Source: an uncultured Ignavibacteria bacterium
GTDB lineage: Bacteria; Bacteroidota; Ignavibacteria; Tepidaquicellales; Tepidaquicellaceae
Length of the DNA stretch: 64,000 bases
Direction of reading: 5' to 3'
Assembly (NCBI GenBank): GCA_937872315.1
Contig: CALMST010000252.1
Location: 71,781 to 135,780 of the forward strand
The notes beneath the pieces were generated by a model. The model worked only from the letters and a program-made list of their open reading frames with translations. It ran no database searches and was not told the origin of the DNA. Positions 45,972 through 56,039 of this stretch are shown one piece after another (within the stretch, counting starts at the first letter, position 1; each line of letters begins with the position of its first letter). Both the position numbers and the translations under genes were made by a program.

Positions 45972-48488
45972 ATGGACAGCAACTTTTCAAGCAGAGTGCA
46001 GGATGTAATAAGATTAAGCAGAGAAGAAGCAATACGTCTTGGTCATGATTACATAGGCACAGAACATCTCTTGTTAGGAATAATAAGAGAAGGCGAAGGC
46101 ATAGCAATAAAAATATTCAAAAATCTTGGAGCAGAAGCTACCAAGATAAAAAAAACCATAGAAGATACAGTAAGACAAGCCGGGGGAACTCTCACAGTTG
46201 GAAACATTCCTTTAACAAAACAGGCTGAAAAAGTTTTAAAGATAACTTATCTCGAAGCTAAGTTGTTCAAATCTGAAGTTATTGGCACTGAGCATTTGCT
46301 ACTCTCTATTCTAAGGGAAGATGATAATCTGGCAGCACAGATCTTAAATCAGTTCAATATAAATTATGAAGCTGTAAAATCAGAGTTACTGAATATTCTC
46401 AGCGGTAAACCTACAAGCAACCAACCACCCGGGAAATCGGCTACAGAAAAGAAGCAGGAAAGAAGTAAAACTCCTGTTCTGGATAATTTTGGCAGGGATC
46501 TGACTAAAATGGCTATGGAAAACAAACTTGACCCGATTGTAGGAAGAGAAAAAGAGATTGAAAGAGTAGCACAGGTTCTCAGCAGAAGAAAGAAAAATAA
46601 TCCTGTTCTGATCGGCGAACCCGGAGTAGGAAAAACAGCAATAGCTGAAGGACTTGCATTAAGAATTATTAACAAGAATGTTTCAAGAGTTCTTCATAAT
46701 AAACGGGTTGTCACTCTTGATCTTGCTGCATTAGTGGCTGGCACAAAATACAGAGGGCAGTTTGAGGAAAGAATGAAAGCTGTTATGAACGAACTTGAAA
46801 AAGCCAAGGATGTAATTTTGTTTATTGATGAATTGCATACAATAGTTGGAGCCGGCGGTGCAAGCGGTTCTCTTGATGCATCAAATATCTTCAAACCTGC
46901 TTTATCAAGAGGTGAGCTTCAGTGTATCGGAGCGACCACATTAAATGAATACAGACAGTTCATTGAAAAAGACGGAGCATTGGACAGAAGATTTCAGAAA
47001 ATAATGGTTGAACCTACAAATGTGGAAGAGACTGAGCAGATACTTAATAATATAAAAAGTAAATATGAGGAACATCATAATGTTAAATATTCTGATGAAG
47101 CGATTTCTGAAGCTGTAAGATTAAGCGACAGATATATAACAGACAGATTTTTACCTGACAAAGCCATTGACGTGCTGGATGAAGCAGGTTCAAGAGTGCA
47201 TTTATCAAACATCATAGTTCCGAAAGAAATAGTTGATCTTGAAGCTGAGATCGAAAAGATAAGGCAGTTTAAAAATCAGGTCGTAAAAAATCAAAATTAC
47301 GAAGAAGCGGCAAGACTAAGGGATTCAGAAAAAAAAGCACTTGCAGATCTTGAGCAGCTTAAACTAGATTGGGAAATAAAATCCCAGAGCATGATATATG
47401 AAGTAGAAGAGCAGAATGTAGCGGATGTTGTAGCAATGATGACAGGGATTCCGGTCAACCAGATCGCTGAAGCTGAAACTGAAAGGCTCGTAAAGATGGA
47501 AGATCATCTTAAGAAAGTTGTAATTGGTCAGGAAGAAGCCGTGATCAATGTCTCTAAAGCTATAAGAAGAGCCAGAGCCGGATTAAAAGATCCTAACAGA
47601 CCGATCGGTTCTTTTGTATTCTTAGGTCCAACCGGAGTTGGCAAGACTGAATTAGCAAAACAGATCGCAAAATTTCTGTTTAATTCAGAGGATTCACTGA
47701 TAAGAATTGACATGAGTGAGTATATGGAAAAATTCAATGTATCAAGACTCGTAGGAGCTCCTCCGGGTTATGTTGGTTACGAAGAAGGCGGACAGCTGAC
47801 TGAAAAAGTCAGAAGAAAACCATATTCAGTTGTTTTACTGGATGAAATAGAAAAAGCTCATCCGGATACATTTAATATATTGCTTCAGGTTCTGGATGAT
47901 GGAATTCTGACTGACGGTCTCGGAAGGAAAGTTGATTTTAAGAATACAATAATAATCATGACCTCAAATATCGGAACAAGGGATCTTAAACTGGATAAAG
48001 TTTTTGGTTTCGGAGATGTGTCCGATAAGAGCAATTACGATAAGATAAAATCCACTATTGACGAATCTGTTAAAAAAGTATTCTCTCCTGAGTTTTTAAA
48101 CAGAATAGACGATATGTTTGTGTTTAGACAACTTGAGAAAGATGATATTGTCAAAATCGTGGAAATAGGCATAAAGAAATTAATGAAGAGAATTCAGTTA
48201 CAGGGATTAAAAGTAGAAGTATCAAAACCTGCGCTCGAGTTCCTGGCTGAAAAAGGATATGATAAAACATACGGAGCCAGACCTTTAAGAAGATCCATTC
48301 AGAAATATCTTGAAGATCCTTTGAGTGAAGAAATTCTTAAAGGAAATTTCAAGGATGTCGGTAAAATAAAAGTTAAATATAAAAAGGGCGGAGAAGAACT
48401 TATATTTACTGATGACAGAAAAGACAGTGATCAGGATAAAGACAATTCTGTTGAAGAACTTGAAGAATCTAAAGAGAAACTGGATTAA
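45972..48488 (+). CDS. clpC: ATP-dependent Clp protease ATP-binding subunit ClpC (class I AAA+)
   Basis: Duplicated Clp_N repeats (GTEHLLLGI / GTEHLLLSI), Walker A GEPGVGKTA and GPTGVGKTE, UVR-like NYEEAARLRD. Confidence 0.88.
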   Translation: MDSNFSSRVQDVIRLSREEAIRLGHDYIGTEHLLLGIIREGEGIAIKIFKNLGAEATKIKKTIEDTVRQAGGTLTVGNIPLTKQAEKVLKITYLEAKLFKSEVIGTEHLLLSILREDDNLAAQILNQFNINYEAVKSELLNILSGKPTSNQPPGKSATEKKQERSKTPVLDNFGRDLTKMAMENKLDPIVGREKEIERVAQVLSRRKKNNPVLIGEPGVGKTAIAEGLALRIINKNVSRVLHNKRVVTLDLAALVAGTKYRGQFEERMKAVMNELEKAKDVILFIDELHTIVGAGGASGSLDASNIFKPALSRGELQCIGATTLNEYRQFIEKDGALDRRFQKIMVEPTNVEETEQILNNIKSKYEEHHNVKYSDEAISEAVRLSDRYITDRFLPDKAIDVLDEAGSRVHLSNIIVPKEIVDLEAEIEKIRQFKNQVVKNQNYEEAARLRDSEKKALADLEQLKLDWEIKSQSMIYEVEEQNVADVVAMMTGIPVNQIAEAETERLVKMEDHLKKVVIGQEEAVINVSKAIRRARAGLKDPNRPIGSFVFLGPTGVGKTELAKQIAKFLFNSEDSLIRIDMSEYMEKFNVSRLVGAPPGYVGYEEGGQLTEKVRRKPYSVVLLDEIEKAHPDTFNILLQVLDDGILTDGLGRKVDFKNTIIIMTSNIGTRDLKLDKVFGFGDVSDKSNYDKIKSTIDESVKKVFSPEFLNRIDDMFVFRQLEKDDIVKIVEIGIKKLMKRIQLQGLKVEVSKPALEFLAEKGYDKTYGARPLRRSIQKYLEDPLSEEILKGNFKDVGKIKVKYKKGGEELIFTDDRKDSDQDKDNSVEELEESKEKLD

Positions 48489-48491
48489 TAA

Positions 48492-49496
48492 ATGTTAAAT
48501 AAAGGTCTTTATAACGCAATGATAACATCTGTCGGGCACTATGTACCCGACAGAGTTATTAATAATAAGTTTTTTGAGGAATATCTGGATACCAGTGATG
48601 AATGGATAAGGACACGTACAGGGATTCAGGAACGAAGACGACTTGACAGGGATTTACCAACTTCATATATGGCTGTCAAAGCCATTGAGAACTTACTTCA
48701 TAACAGGGGAATTGGGATTGAGGAAATTGATCTTATAATTGTCGGAACGGTCACACCTGATATGATATATCCTTCTACTGCCTGCATTATTCAGGAAAAA
48801 ATGGGAGCCACAAATGCATGGGGTTTTGATCTTATGGCAGCCTGTTCCGGTTTTATATTCTCATTAACTACGGCAATTCAGTTTATCCAATCTGGGTCAC
48901 ATAAAAAAGTCATAGTTGTCGGAGCAGATAAAATGTCCGCAATTACAAATATGGAAGACAGAAATACATGTCTGCTTTTTGGAGATGCAGCAGGTGCTGT
49001 CTTACTTGAACCAACAGAAGACAAATCATACGGGATCAGGGATGCAATAATGCATATTGATGGTAAAGGAGGCAAATATCTGCATCAGCTTGGAGGAGGA
49101 AGTCTGCATCCGGCTTCACATGAGACAGTTGATAAGAGAATGCATTTTGTATATCAGGATGGCAAAACAGTTTTTAAAGAAGCTGTAAAAGGAATGGCAG
49201 ATGTTTCCTATCAGATAATGAAAGACAATAAACTTAAACCGGAAGACATTTCTTATCTCGTACCTCATCAGGCAAATCTGAGAATAATTACTGCCTGCGC
49301 TGACAGAATGGGGATCTCAATGGATAAGGTAATGGTAAATATTCATAAATATGGCAACACTACCTCAGCAACAATACCAACCTGTATTTCAGAATACTGG
49401 CATAACGGAAAGATAAAAAAAGGTGATAATCTTATTTTATCCAGTTTCGGAGCCGGCTATACCTGGGGTTCCATTCTTCTAAAATGGGCTTATTAA
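48492..49496 (+). CDS. fabH: 3-oxoacyl-ACP synthase III
   Basis: AACSGF (active Cys), VPHQANLRI and GNTSATIP. Confidence 0.9.
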   Translation: MLNKGLYNAMITSVGHYVPDRVINNKFFEEYLDTSDEWIRTRTGIQERRRLDRDLPTSYMAVKAIENLLHNRGIGIEEIDLIIVGTVTPDMIYPSTACIIQEKMGATNAWGFDLMAACSGFIFSLTTAIQFIQSGSHKKVIVVGADKMSAITNMEDRNTCLLFGDAAGAVLLEPTEDKSYGIRDAIMHIDGKGGKYLHQLGGGSLHPASHETVDKRMHFVYQDGKTVFKEAVKGMADVSYQIMKDNKLKPEDISYLVPHQANLRIITACADRMGISMDKVMVNIHKYGNTTSATIPTCISEYWHNGKIKKGDNLILSSFGAGYTWGSILLKWAY

Positions 49497-49547
49497 ATAT
49501 TAACAATTTAGCCTAAAAATATTTATCTTAATAGAAAGTTAAGATCA

Positions 49548-50417
49548 ATGCTTTCAGCTGAATTAAACTCGTATGCAAAAATAAATTTTGGACTTCGGAT
49601 TCTTGAGAAAAGAGAAGATGGTTTTCATAATCTTGAAACAATTTTTTATCCTGTCAAACTACATGATAAAATTAATATTAAAATTAAAAGATCTGAATTA
49701 CCTTCCAACTCTGTAATTTTAAAATCCAATAGATCCTATATACCTCTTACCAGAGATAATCTCTGTTATAAAGCCGTGGAATACTTTTTCAGGGAATTCA
49801 AAATAACTGAATTTTACCGTATTGAAATTGAACTTGATAAATTGATACCGGTCGGAGGAGGTTTGGGAGGAGGAAGCTCAAATGCATCAGTAATTATAAA
49901 ATTTCTTCTGAAATATTTCAATATGGACATTTCAGTTCACAGAAAAAAAATTCTGGATCTTGCCCTTAAGCTTGGAAGTGATGTTCCCTTTTTCCTTATT
50001 CATAAACCATGTTATGCTTCGGGAAGAGGAGAGAAAATTACTATCCTGAAAGATTTTATCAATGCTTATGACATATTAATAGTAAATCCCAATCTGCACA
50101 TTTCCACAAAATGGGCGTTCGAAAATTTAAATTTTGAAAGCGGTAAAAAAACAGAGCCTGTATTGGATAAAGTGAAATTTCTTAATATTGAAAACTTTTC
50201 TTTACTTGTGAATGACTTTGAGAATATTGTCTTCAATAAATACGAAGAGTTAAAAAATATTAAAGAAGAGTTAAAAAAATTTGGAGCGGTATATTCGTCA
50301 ATGAGCGGTACCGGCGCAACCATGTTCGGACTTTTTGAAAAAAATAAAAAAGGCACTTTGAACAAGTGCCGTGATTATTATAAAGATAAAAAATATTTTA
50401 CATTTATTTCAGTATAG
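49548..50417 (+). CDS. ispE: 4-diphosphocytidyl-2-C-methyl-D-erythritol kinase
   Basis: AKINFGLRI, and IPVGGGLGGGSSNAS (GHMP kinase motif). Confidence 0.85.
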   Translation: MLSAELNSYAKINFGLRILEKREDGFHNLETIFYPVKLHDKINIKIKRSELPSNSVILKSNRSYIPLTRDNLCYKAVEYFFREFKITEFYRIEIELDKLIPVGGGLGGGSSNASVIIKFLLKYFNMDISVHRKKILDLALKLGSDVPFFLIHKPCYASGRGEKITILKDFINAYDILIVNPNLHISTKWAFENLNFESGKKTEPVLDKVKFLNIENFSLLVNDFENIVFNKYEELKNIKEELKKFGAVYSSMSGTGATMFGLFEKNKKGTLNKCRDYYKDKKYFTFISV

Positions 50418-50426
50418 ATCAGAAAG

Positions 50427-51308
50427 TCAGAAAGTTACATTCAGGTTTGCTACGGGTATCATTTTCCTCTGGCCTGTGAGAGAGTACTTATTCTCCATAT
50501 GCACACTAGTTTTGATCTTAAGATCCTTATTAAACATTGAAACACTCCATGCAGCATCTGCCGCGCTTAACAAATGATTTACTATAACAAGAGTAAGGGA
50601 GGTATTTGCCTTGTCATAATAATTATTTGCTTCCTGACGGCTGAATGAATAATCTTCATACATCTGTGTCTGATATGTGCCGTAATAATTTGCAGATCCC
50701 GGACTTGTACTTAAATTTGGATCGGCATCCGCCCAGCCAACTACAAAATTCTGATACTTCCCTATCAGTTCATAATACTGCTGTGAGCCGATCTCCGGAA
50801 GCTGATGGGAAAAATTCTGCGCTTCAACTACATTTACCTGTCTTCTTAACAATTCAAGATTTGATGTATTTGGATCCGTAATGGCAGCTGATCCGCTGAA
50901 ATTCTGCTCGACTAACCAGTTAGCATATTTATTCATACTCCAGTTCTCATTTGCATAGCTCTGATAAGCCGCTGTCTGAGAATTACCGTCACTTTCATAA
51001 GTACCGTAAGCAATCCACAGACCTGCCTCTACTGCAAGAAAGATCGCACCTTTAATAAAACTCTTTGCATAGATCTCACCTGTTCCGGGAATAATACCGG
51101 AAAATAAAGCACCTAAATAAGGAGATTTTTTATCCGGATGATTATCCAGTTTTTTATTCAGAGAGCGATCTGTTAAGGATCCAGAAGTTTGTGTAAGAAG
51201 TGTGTTTTTTAGTTCAGATGTTGAATATTGATCGTGATCTTGTGAAAAAGAGTTGCCGGAAACAATTAAAGATAAAAAAAGAATAAAAATATATTTTAAG
51301 TTACTCAT
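50427..51308 (-). CDS. Secreted/outer-membrane hypothetical protein, paralog of 52045-52809
   Basis: Signal peptide, SPYLGALFSGIIPGTGEIY motif, Asn/Tyr-rich middle, C-terminal ...NLNVTF. Confidence 0.6.
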   Translation of the reverse strand: MSNLKYIFILFLSLIVSGNSFSQDHDQYSTSELKNTLLTQTSGSLTDRSLNKKLDNHPDKKSPYLGALFSGIIPGTGEIYAKSFIKGAIFLAVEAGLWIAYGTYESDGNSQTAAYQSYANENWSMNKYANWLVEQNFSGSAAITDPNTSNLELLRRQVNVVEAQNFSHQLPEIGSQQYYELIGKYQNFVVGWADADPNLSTSPGSANYYGTYQTQMYEDYSFSRQEANNYYDKANTSLTLVIVNHLLSAADAAWSVSMFNKDLKIKTSVHMENKYSLTGQRKMIPVANLNVTF

Positions 51309-51309
51309 T

Positions 51310-52044
51310 TTAATAATAAATTTTATTTAAAAATAGCGCTTTAGCCGGTAAATAATGGATTCTTATTTTTTCTCCTTTTTTAATTTTATCTCTAATATCA
51401 TCTAATTTTATTTTTCCTCTTCCAACTTCCAGAGCGCAACCAATTATAGCTCTGACCATTGAATGCAAAAATCTGTTTGCAGTAATTTTGAAGATCAATT
51501 CTTTTTTTAATCTGTTGTATCTGAAATCAAATTCCGATATTTCACAATTAAAATCATGTTTATCTTCCTTGTTCTTGCAGAATATTCTGAAATTTTTCTG
51601 ATTTTTAATAAAACCGGTAAACTTTTCTATTTTTGCAAGATCCGGAACATAATTTATTTTATAAAATTCATCTGCTCTTACTGATCTTTTTTCTAAACAT
51701 ATTTTGTAAAAATATTGTCTTTTTAATGCAGAGAATCTTGCATGAAATTCAGGTTTTACTAACCCGATATTTTTGATCGTTATTTCTGCAGGTAATATTG
51801 AATTTAAAGAATACTTCAATTTATCTTTATCAAAGTCTCCTTCAAAATGAAAATTAGCAACCTGATTTAAAGCGCTGACTCCTGCATCAGTTCTTCCCGA
51901 GCCAATTATTCTGATTTCTTTTTTAAATATTTTTTGTAAGGAATTTTCTATCTGCTCCTGGATGGTGTTTTCAGTTGCTTTCTGTCTCTGCCAGCCATTG
52001 AATTTTCTGCCATCATATTCAATTGTTAACTTATAATTAACCAA
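51310..52044 (-). CDS. truA: tRNA pseudouridine(38-40) synthase
   Basis: YDGRKFNGWQRQ and GSGRTDAGVSA (catalytic Asp). Confidence 0.9.
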   Translation of the reverse strand: MVNYKLTIEYDGRKFNGWQRQKATENTIQEQIENSLQKIFKKEIRIIGSGRTDAGVSALNQVANFHFEGDFDKDKLKYSLNSILPAEITIKNIGLVKPEFHARFSALKRQYFYKICLEKRSVRADEFYKINYVPDLAKIEKFTGFIKNQKNFRIFCKNKEDKHDFNCEISEFDFRYNRLKKELIFKITANRFLHSMVRAIIGCALEVGRGKIKLDDIRDKIKKGEKIRIHYLPAKALFLNKIYY

Positions 52045-52809
52045 TTAAAAATTCTTTACAAGATTTAACTTTACACCGTCAAATGTGTAATCCTTATTCA
52101 TAAGTATCTCAGGCTGAATGCTGTAGGTCAGACTCTTCTTGTTGCCCTGTTTTGCCAGTAAATATGCGCTTATGCCGCTCACAATCCTGTTGGCAACCAA
52201 TATGCTGCCAAATATGATCCGGCTGTTGTAAATCCTCTCGCTGCTCTTTCTCTGTGATTCGAAAATACTCTGATTATTTGCATTATCCCAGTCCCAGTAG
52301 TATGTATCTACATTATATAACTGAGAATAATTCCCGTAGGCCAGCTGAATATTATTGTATTCATAAATGTTTGCGTAATTCCCGACATTTGAATAATAGT
52401 CATCATCCTTGTTATCAGGATCGGTAACTCCGGCATGCTCGACAGAATAAGTTTCGGCATCATCAATAACACTGTTACCGTAAACCGTCAGAGTACCATA
52501 ACCTAACCATGAGGCAACATCAATCCCGAAAAAATATTTTCCTACATCCATTCTGTTAATATAAAAATGTCCGGCTCCGGGTATCAACAGCGAATAAAAC
52601 GCCGCCAAAGCAGGTGATTTTGAAGAAACGGGTTTAGATGTAGTTATCTCAGGCTTTCTTTCAGGTGTTTCATTGTTCTTCAGATCATTAATATTATTCT
52701 TTAACTCAAGTACTTTATTCCCATTTGACTCAATCCCGGTGTTTTGTGAATAAATTTTACCGGAAAATATAACTAACAATATAACTACTGAAATTCTTTT
52801 TAAACTCAT
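52045..52809 (-). CDS. Secreted/outer-membrane hypothetical protein, paralog of 50427-51308
   Basis: Signal peptide, SPALAAFYSLLIPGAGHFY motif, Asn/Tyr-rich middle, C-terminal ...NLVKNF. Confidence 0.6.
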   Translation of the reverse strand: MSLKRISVVILLVIFSGKIYSQNTGIESNGNKVLELKNNINDLKNNETPERKPEITTSKPVSSKSPALAAFYSLLIPGAGHFYINRMDVGKYFFGIDVASWLGYGTLTVYGNSVIDDAETYSVEHAGVTDPDNKDDDYYSNVGNYANIYEYNNIQLAYGNYSQLYNVDTYYWDWDNANNQSIFESQRKSSERIYNSRIIFGSILVANRIVSGISAYLLAKQGNKKSLTYSIQPEILMNKDYTFDGVKLNLVKNF

Positions 52810-52823
52810 TATTTATTTATGCG

Positions 52824-54647
52824 TTATTTAATTGAATTTAATTTTTTCTTAAATTCTTCAGGTTTTAAAAAACCGGTCACTCTTAGTTCTTTGACTTCTT
52901 CTCCGTTTGAATTTAAGAAAACTACTACAGGTAATCCTTTTATATCAAATTTATCCGTTATTGATGAATTCTCTTTTGTAAGATCTACTTTTATATTATT
53001 AAATGAATTTGATAACTCTACAACTTCCGGATTGGTATATGTATATTTATCAAGCTCTTTACATTGCGCACACCAGTCCGCGTAAAAGTCAATCATTACA
53101 GGTTTATTTCCTGCCTGAATGGATTGCTCAATCGATTGAAGTGAATTTAAATTTGTCCACTTTACCTCTTCTACCTCGCCTTCCGGTTTTAACATCCAGG
53201 CACCCATAACAATTGCAATAATTGCTATAATATTTTTAATATTTGTATAGATTTTTGAAGTTTTTCCTTTCTTATCTATCAGAAGAAGATATAAACCCGA
53301 GAAAACTATATATACAGGAAACAGATAATGAAAAATGCTTTTTGGAATTAATGGTTCAAGTGTATTTAATGCCATTCCAAACAAGATAAGTCCGAATATG
53401 ATTTTAACGCCTTCCATCCATTCTCCCGAGCGGGGTAACTTACTTATTGAACTCGATGATGCTGCCAGGAATATATACGGCAGACCTAAACCAAGTGAAA
53501 GAACAAAAAACAATAAAAATCCTGAAAATGCGCTGCCAAGTTTACCCACATACACAAGCAGACTCAAAACAAATGGTCCAATGCAGGGAGCTGCAATGAA
53601 ACCAACTGTCAGTCCCATCAATAATGAACCAAAATATCCCGAGCGGTTCTTGTTGCCCATCATTGCTAAACTCTGAGGAACTCTTATTTCAAACAGACCG
53701 AACATACTTGTTCCCAATGCTATTAATATTAAAGCAATACCAATTATAACGATCGGATTCTGAAGTGCTGTACCAAGAAGGCTTCCTGTCAGTGCCGCAA
53801 AAACCCCCAGGGCTGAATAAGTTATCGACATTCCAAGCGCATAAAACACTCCCATCATTATACTCTGGGATTTGGAATTATTTGCCTGTGCACCAAAATA
53901 ACTTACTGTTATGGGTATTAAAGGATATACACAGGGAGTTAGATTAAGAGCAAGACCGCCTAAGAAAATAAAGAATAATAAAGCAGCAATACCATGCTCT
54001 TCTACATATGCTGCAAGATCAGCATTTTCGGAATCAGGTGTATCCGTTCTTGTGTTTTCTTTCAGCCCTGTTTCGGATGATCCTGATATTTCTTTTATAC
54101 TGACAGGTGACTGAAAATCTATATTCGAAAATATTTCAGTATTGAGTACTTTACCGGACGGATTTTCGTTATCAATCTTTACCGAAATTAATTCATTAAT
54201 TGTTTTGGGTGGATAGCAGACTTTATCATCACATGCCTGATAACTGAAATTTACAGGAACTTCATATATTCCATTATCCAGAGGAGACGATATGATCAGA
54301 TTTATTCCGGCATATATTTCACCTTCATAAACATTGATCTCATTCTCAGTAAATTCAAATTTCAGCTTTTTATGTTCAGGAAAAAATGAATTTAACATTT
54401 TGAACTCTTTGGAATCTACAGAGATGGAAGTCTGAATCAAAGTAGGATCATTTACTTCATAAGAATTAATATGATAATGATCCCTTATAGAAATCTTTAA
54501 AGCAATTTTTACCGTATCTGTCTTGGAATAAGATTCTTTATCACTAAAAGATTTTAAGCTCAGATAATCGGAATTTTGAGAAATTGCAGAATTAAGGGAA
54601 ATTAAAATTACTACAAACAGGGAAAGGCTTAAGAAATTTTTAAACAT
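52824..54647 (-). CDS. dsbD: Thiol:disulfide interchange protein DsbD-like (N-terminal periplasmic domain + CcdA-type membrane core + C-terminal thioredoxin)
   Basis: Membrane Cys motifs LTPCVYPLIP and AAPCIGPF. C-terminal thioredoxin motif WCAQCK. Confidence 0.8.
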   Translation of the reverse strand: MFKNFLSLSLFVVILISLNSAISQNSDYLSLKSFSDKESYSKTDTVKIALKISIRDHYHINSYEVNDPTLIQTSISVDSKEFKMLNSFFPEHKKLKFEFTENEINVYEGEIYAGINLIISSPLDNGIYEVPVNFSYQACDDKVCYPPKTINELISVKIDNENPSGKVLNTEIFSNIDFQSPVSIKEISGSSETGLKENTRTDTPDSENADLAAYVEEHGIAALLFFIFLGGLALNLTPCVYPLIPITVSYFGAQANNSKSQSIMMGVFYALGMSITYSALGVFAALTGSLLGTALQNPIVIIGIALILIALGTSMFGLFEIRVPQSLAMMGNKNRSGYFGSLLMGLTVGFIAAPCIGPFVLSLLVYVGKLGSAFSGFLLFFVLSLGLGLPYIFLAASSSSISKLPRSGEWMEGVKIIFGLILFGMALNTLEPLIPKSIFHYLFPVYIVFSGLYLLLIDKKGKTSKIYTNIKNIIAIIAIVMGAWMLKPEGEVEEVKWTNLNSLQSIEQSIQAGNKPVMIDFYADWCAQCKELDKYTYTNPEVVELSNSFNNIKVDLTKENSSITDKFDIKGLPVVVFLNSNGEEVKELRVTGFLKPEEFKKKLNSIK

Positions 54648-54773
54648 TTATTATTTTGAACGGAACTATATTTTAATTAAACAAAGTTACACTGAAAAAC
54701 AGAACAATATAACACAATTTTAAAGAATATGCTACTAAAAATATAAGTTTCAATTGATTTTTAAAATCTATTC

Positions 54774-54805
54774 TTGACTTTTCTATCCAATTTAGTGTAT
54801 TTTTG
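54774..54805 (+). promoter_or_regulatory. Candidate promoter (TTGACT ... TATTTTTG)
   Basis: TTGACT at 54774-54779 and, 18 nt later, TATTTTTG (54798-54805), which fits the Bacteroidetes-type TAnnTTTG -7 element. An AGGAG Shine-Dalgarno lies 8-9 nt before the TTG start at 54899. Confidence 0.3.
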
Positions 54806-54898
54806 TATAGGAAAATATTCAATGAAACACAAAAACAGCGATTAGAAGCATATTTTGAATGTTTTTAAAATATTAATTTAAATAAGGAGAATTAAAAA

Positions 54899-55147
54899 TT
54901 GAAACCAGCAGTAAAATCAAAAAGCGACAATCCTCTAAGTGAACTTATAGATGATAATGTTTATAACACTTTGAAGAAGTATAAACTCCTTGATGAAAAA
55001 GCCATAAGAGATTATAAAATAAGGCAGATGTATAAGGAAATGAGAAGAGAGATGAGTGCAGGAGAAGCAATAGATAAAATTCAGGAATTATTTCCTTATT
55101 TGCAGTTTGATACTATCAGAAAGATAGTTTATCAGGTATCGAAATAA
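54899..55147 (+). CDS. Small hypothetical protein (82 aa, helical, possible DNA-binding)
   Basis: TTG start preceded by AAGGAGA and followed by a strong terminator. No family recognised with confidence. Confidence 0.5.
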   Translation: MKPAVKSKSDNPLSELIDDNVYNTLKKYKLLDEKAIRDYKIRQMYKEMRREMSAGEAIDKIQELFPYLQFDTIRKIVYQVSK

Positions 55148-55172
55148 ACAATCTCTAAATCTATTTATAATC

Positions 55173-55201
55173 AGCCGGTCAGTTTTTAGACCGGCTTTTT
55201 A
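55173..55201 (+). terminator. Rho-independent terminator
   Basis: AGCCGGTC-(8-nt loop)-GACCGGCT followed by TTTTT. Confidence 0.85.
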
Positions 55202-55215
55202 TTTTAAAAGCTTTT

Positions 55216-56034
55216 ATGAATTTTTCAAATATTACAGTAGAAAAAATATTAACCGGGTTTATAAAAAACGAAATGAACCGGATAGGAATCAACAGAGCAG
55301 TGATCGGACTGTCGGGAGGAATAGATTCCGCAGTTTCTGCTTACCTCTCTGCCAAAGCTCTTGGAAATAAAAATGTAAAATGTCTGCTGATGCCCTACAG
55401 AACAAGCAGCCCGGAAAGCATTACGGATGCAATGAAAGTTGTCAAAGATCTTAATGTTGAATACAAAAAAATAGATATTTCAGAGAGCGTCGATTCAGTT
55501 GTTTTAACTGCAGATGACAAAAAAATATCTGATGTCAGAAAAGGTAACATAATGGCAAGGATCCGAATGATCTTGCTGTATGATGAATCGGCAAAAGATA
55601 ACTCTCTCGTAATTGGTACAAGTAATAAAACTGAAATTCTTTTGGGCTATTCTACAATATTTGGAGATTCAGCCTCAGCAATTAACCCAATAGGTGATCT
55701 TTATAAAACTCAGTTAATAAGTCTCGCAAAACATCTCGGTGTACCGGATTCAATCATAAATAAGAAACCTTCTGCTGATCTCTGGAAAGGTCAGACTGAT
55801 GAAAAAGAACTTGGATTTACTTATGAGAAAGTTGACAGATATCTTCAGCTGAAAATTGAAGACAGATTGATTGAAGAAGATCTTAAAAAATCAGGTTTTG
55901 ATGATAAATTTATGAAAAGAGTAAACGGATTAATTATCAGAAGTCAGTTTAAAAGACTCCCCCCGCTTATCGCAAAAATCGCAAACAGAACTGTTAATAT
56001 AGATTTCAGATATAACAGAGACTGGAATACATAA
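55216..56034 (+). CDS. nadE: NH3-dependent NAD+ synthetase
   Basis: GLSGGIDSAV PP-loop, and GTSNKTE. Confidence 0.87.
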   Translation: MNFSNITVEKILTGFIKNEMNRIGINRAVIGLSGGIDSAVSAYLSAKALGNKNVKCLLMPYRTSSPESITDAMKVVKDLNVEYKKIDISESVDSVVLTADDKKISDVRKGNIMARIRMILLYDESAKDNSLVIGTSNKTEILLGYSTIFGDSASAINPIGDLYKTQLISLAKHLGVPDSIINKKPSADLWKGQTDEKELGFTYEKVDRYLQLKIEDRLIEEDLKKSGFDDKFMKRVNGLIIRSQFKRLPPLIAKIANRTVNIDFRYNRDWNT

Positions 56035-56039
56035 TAATA

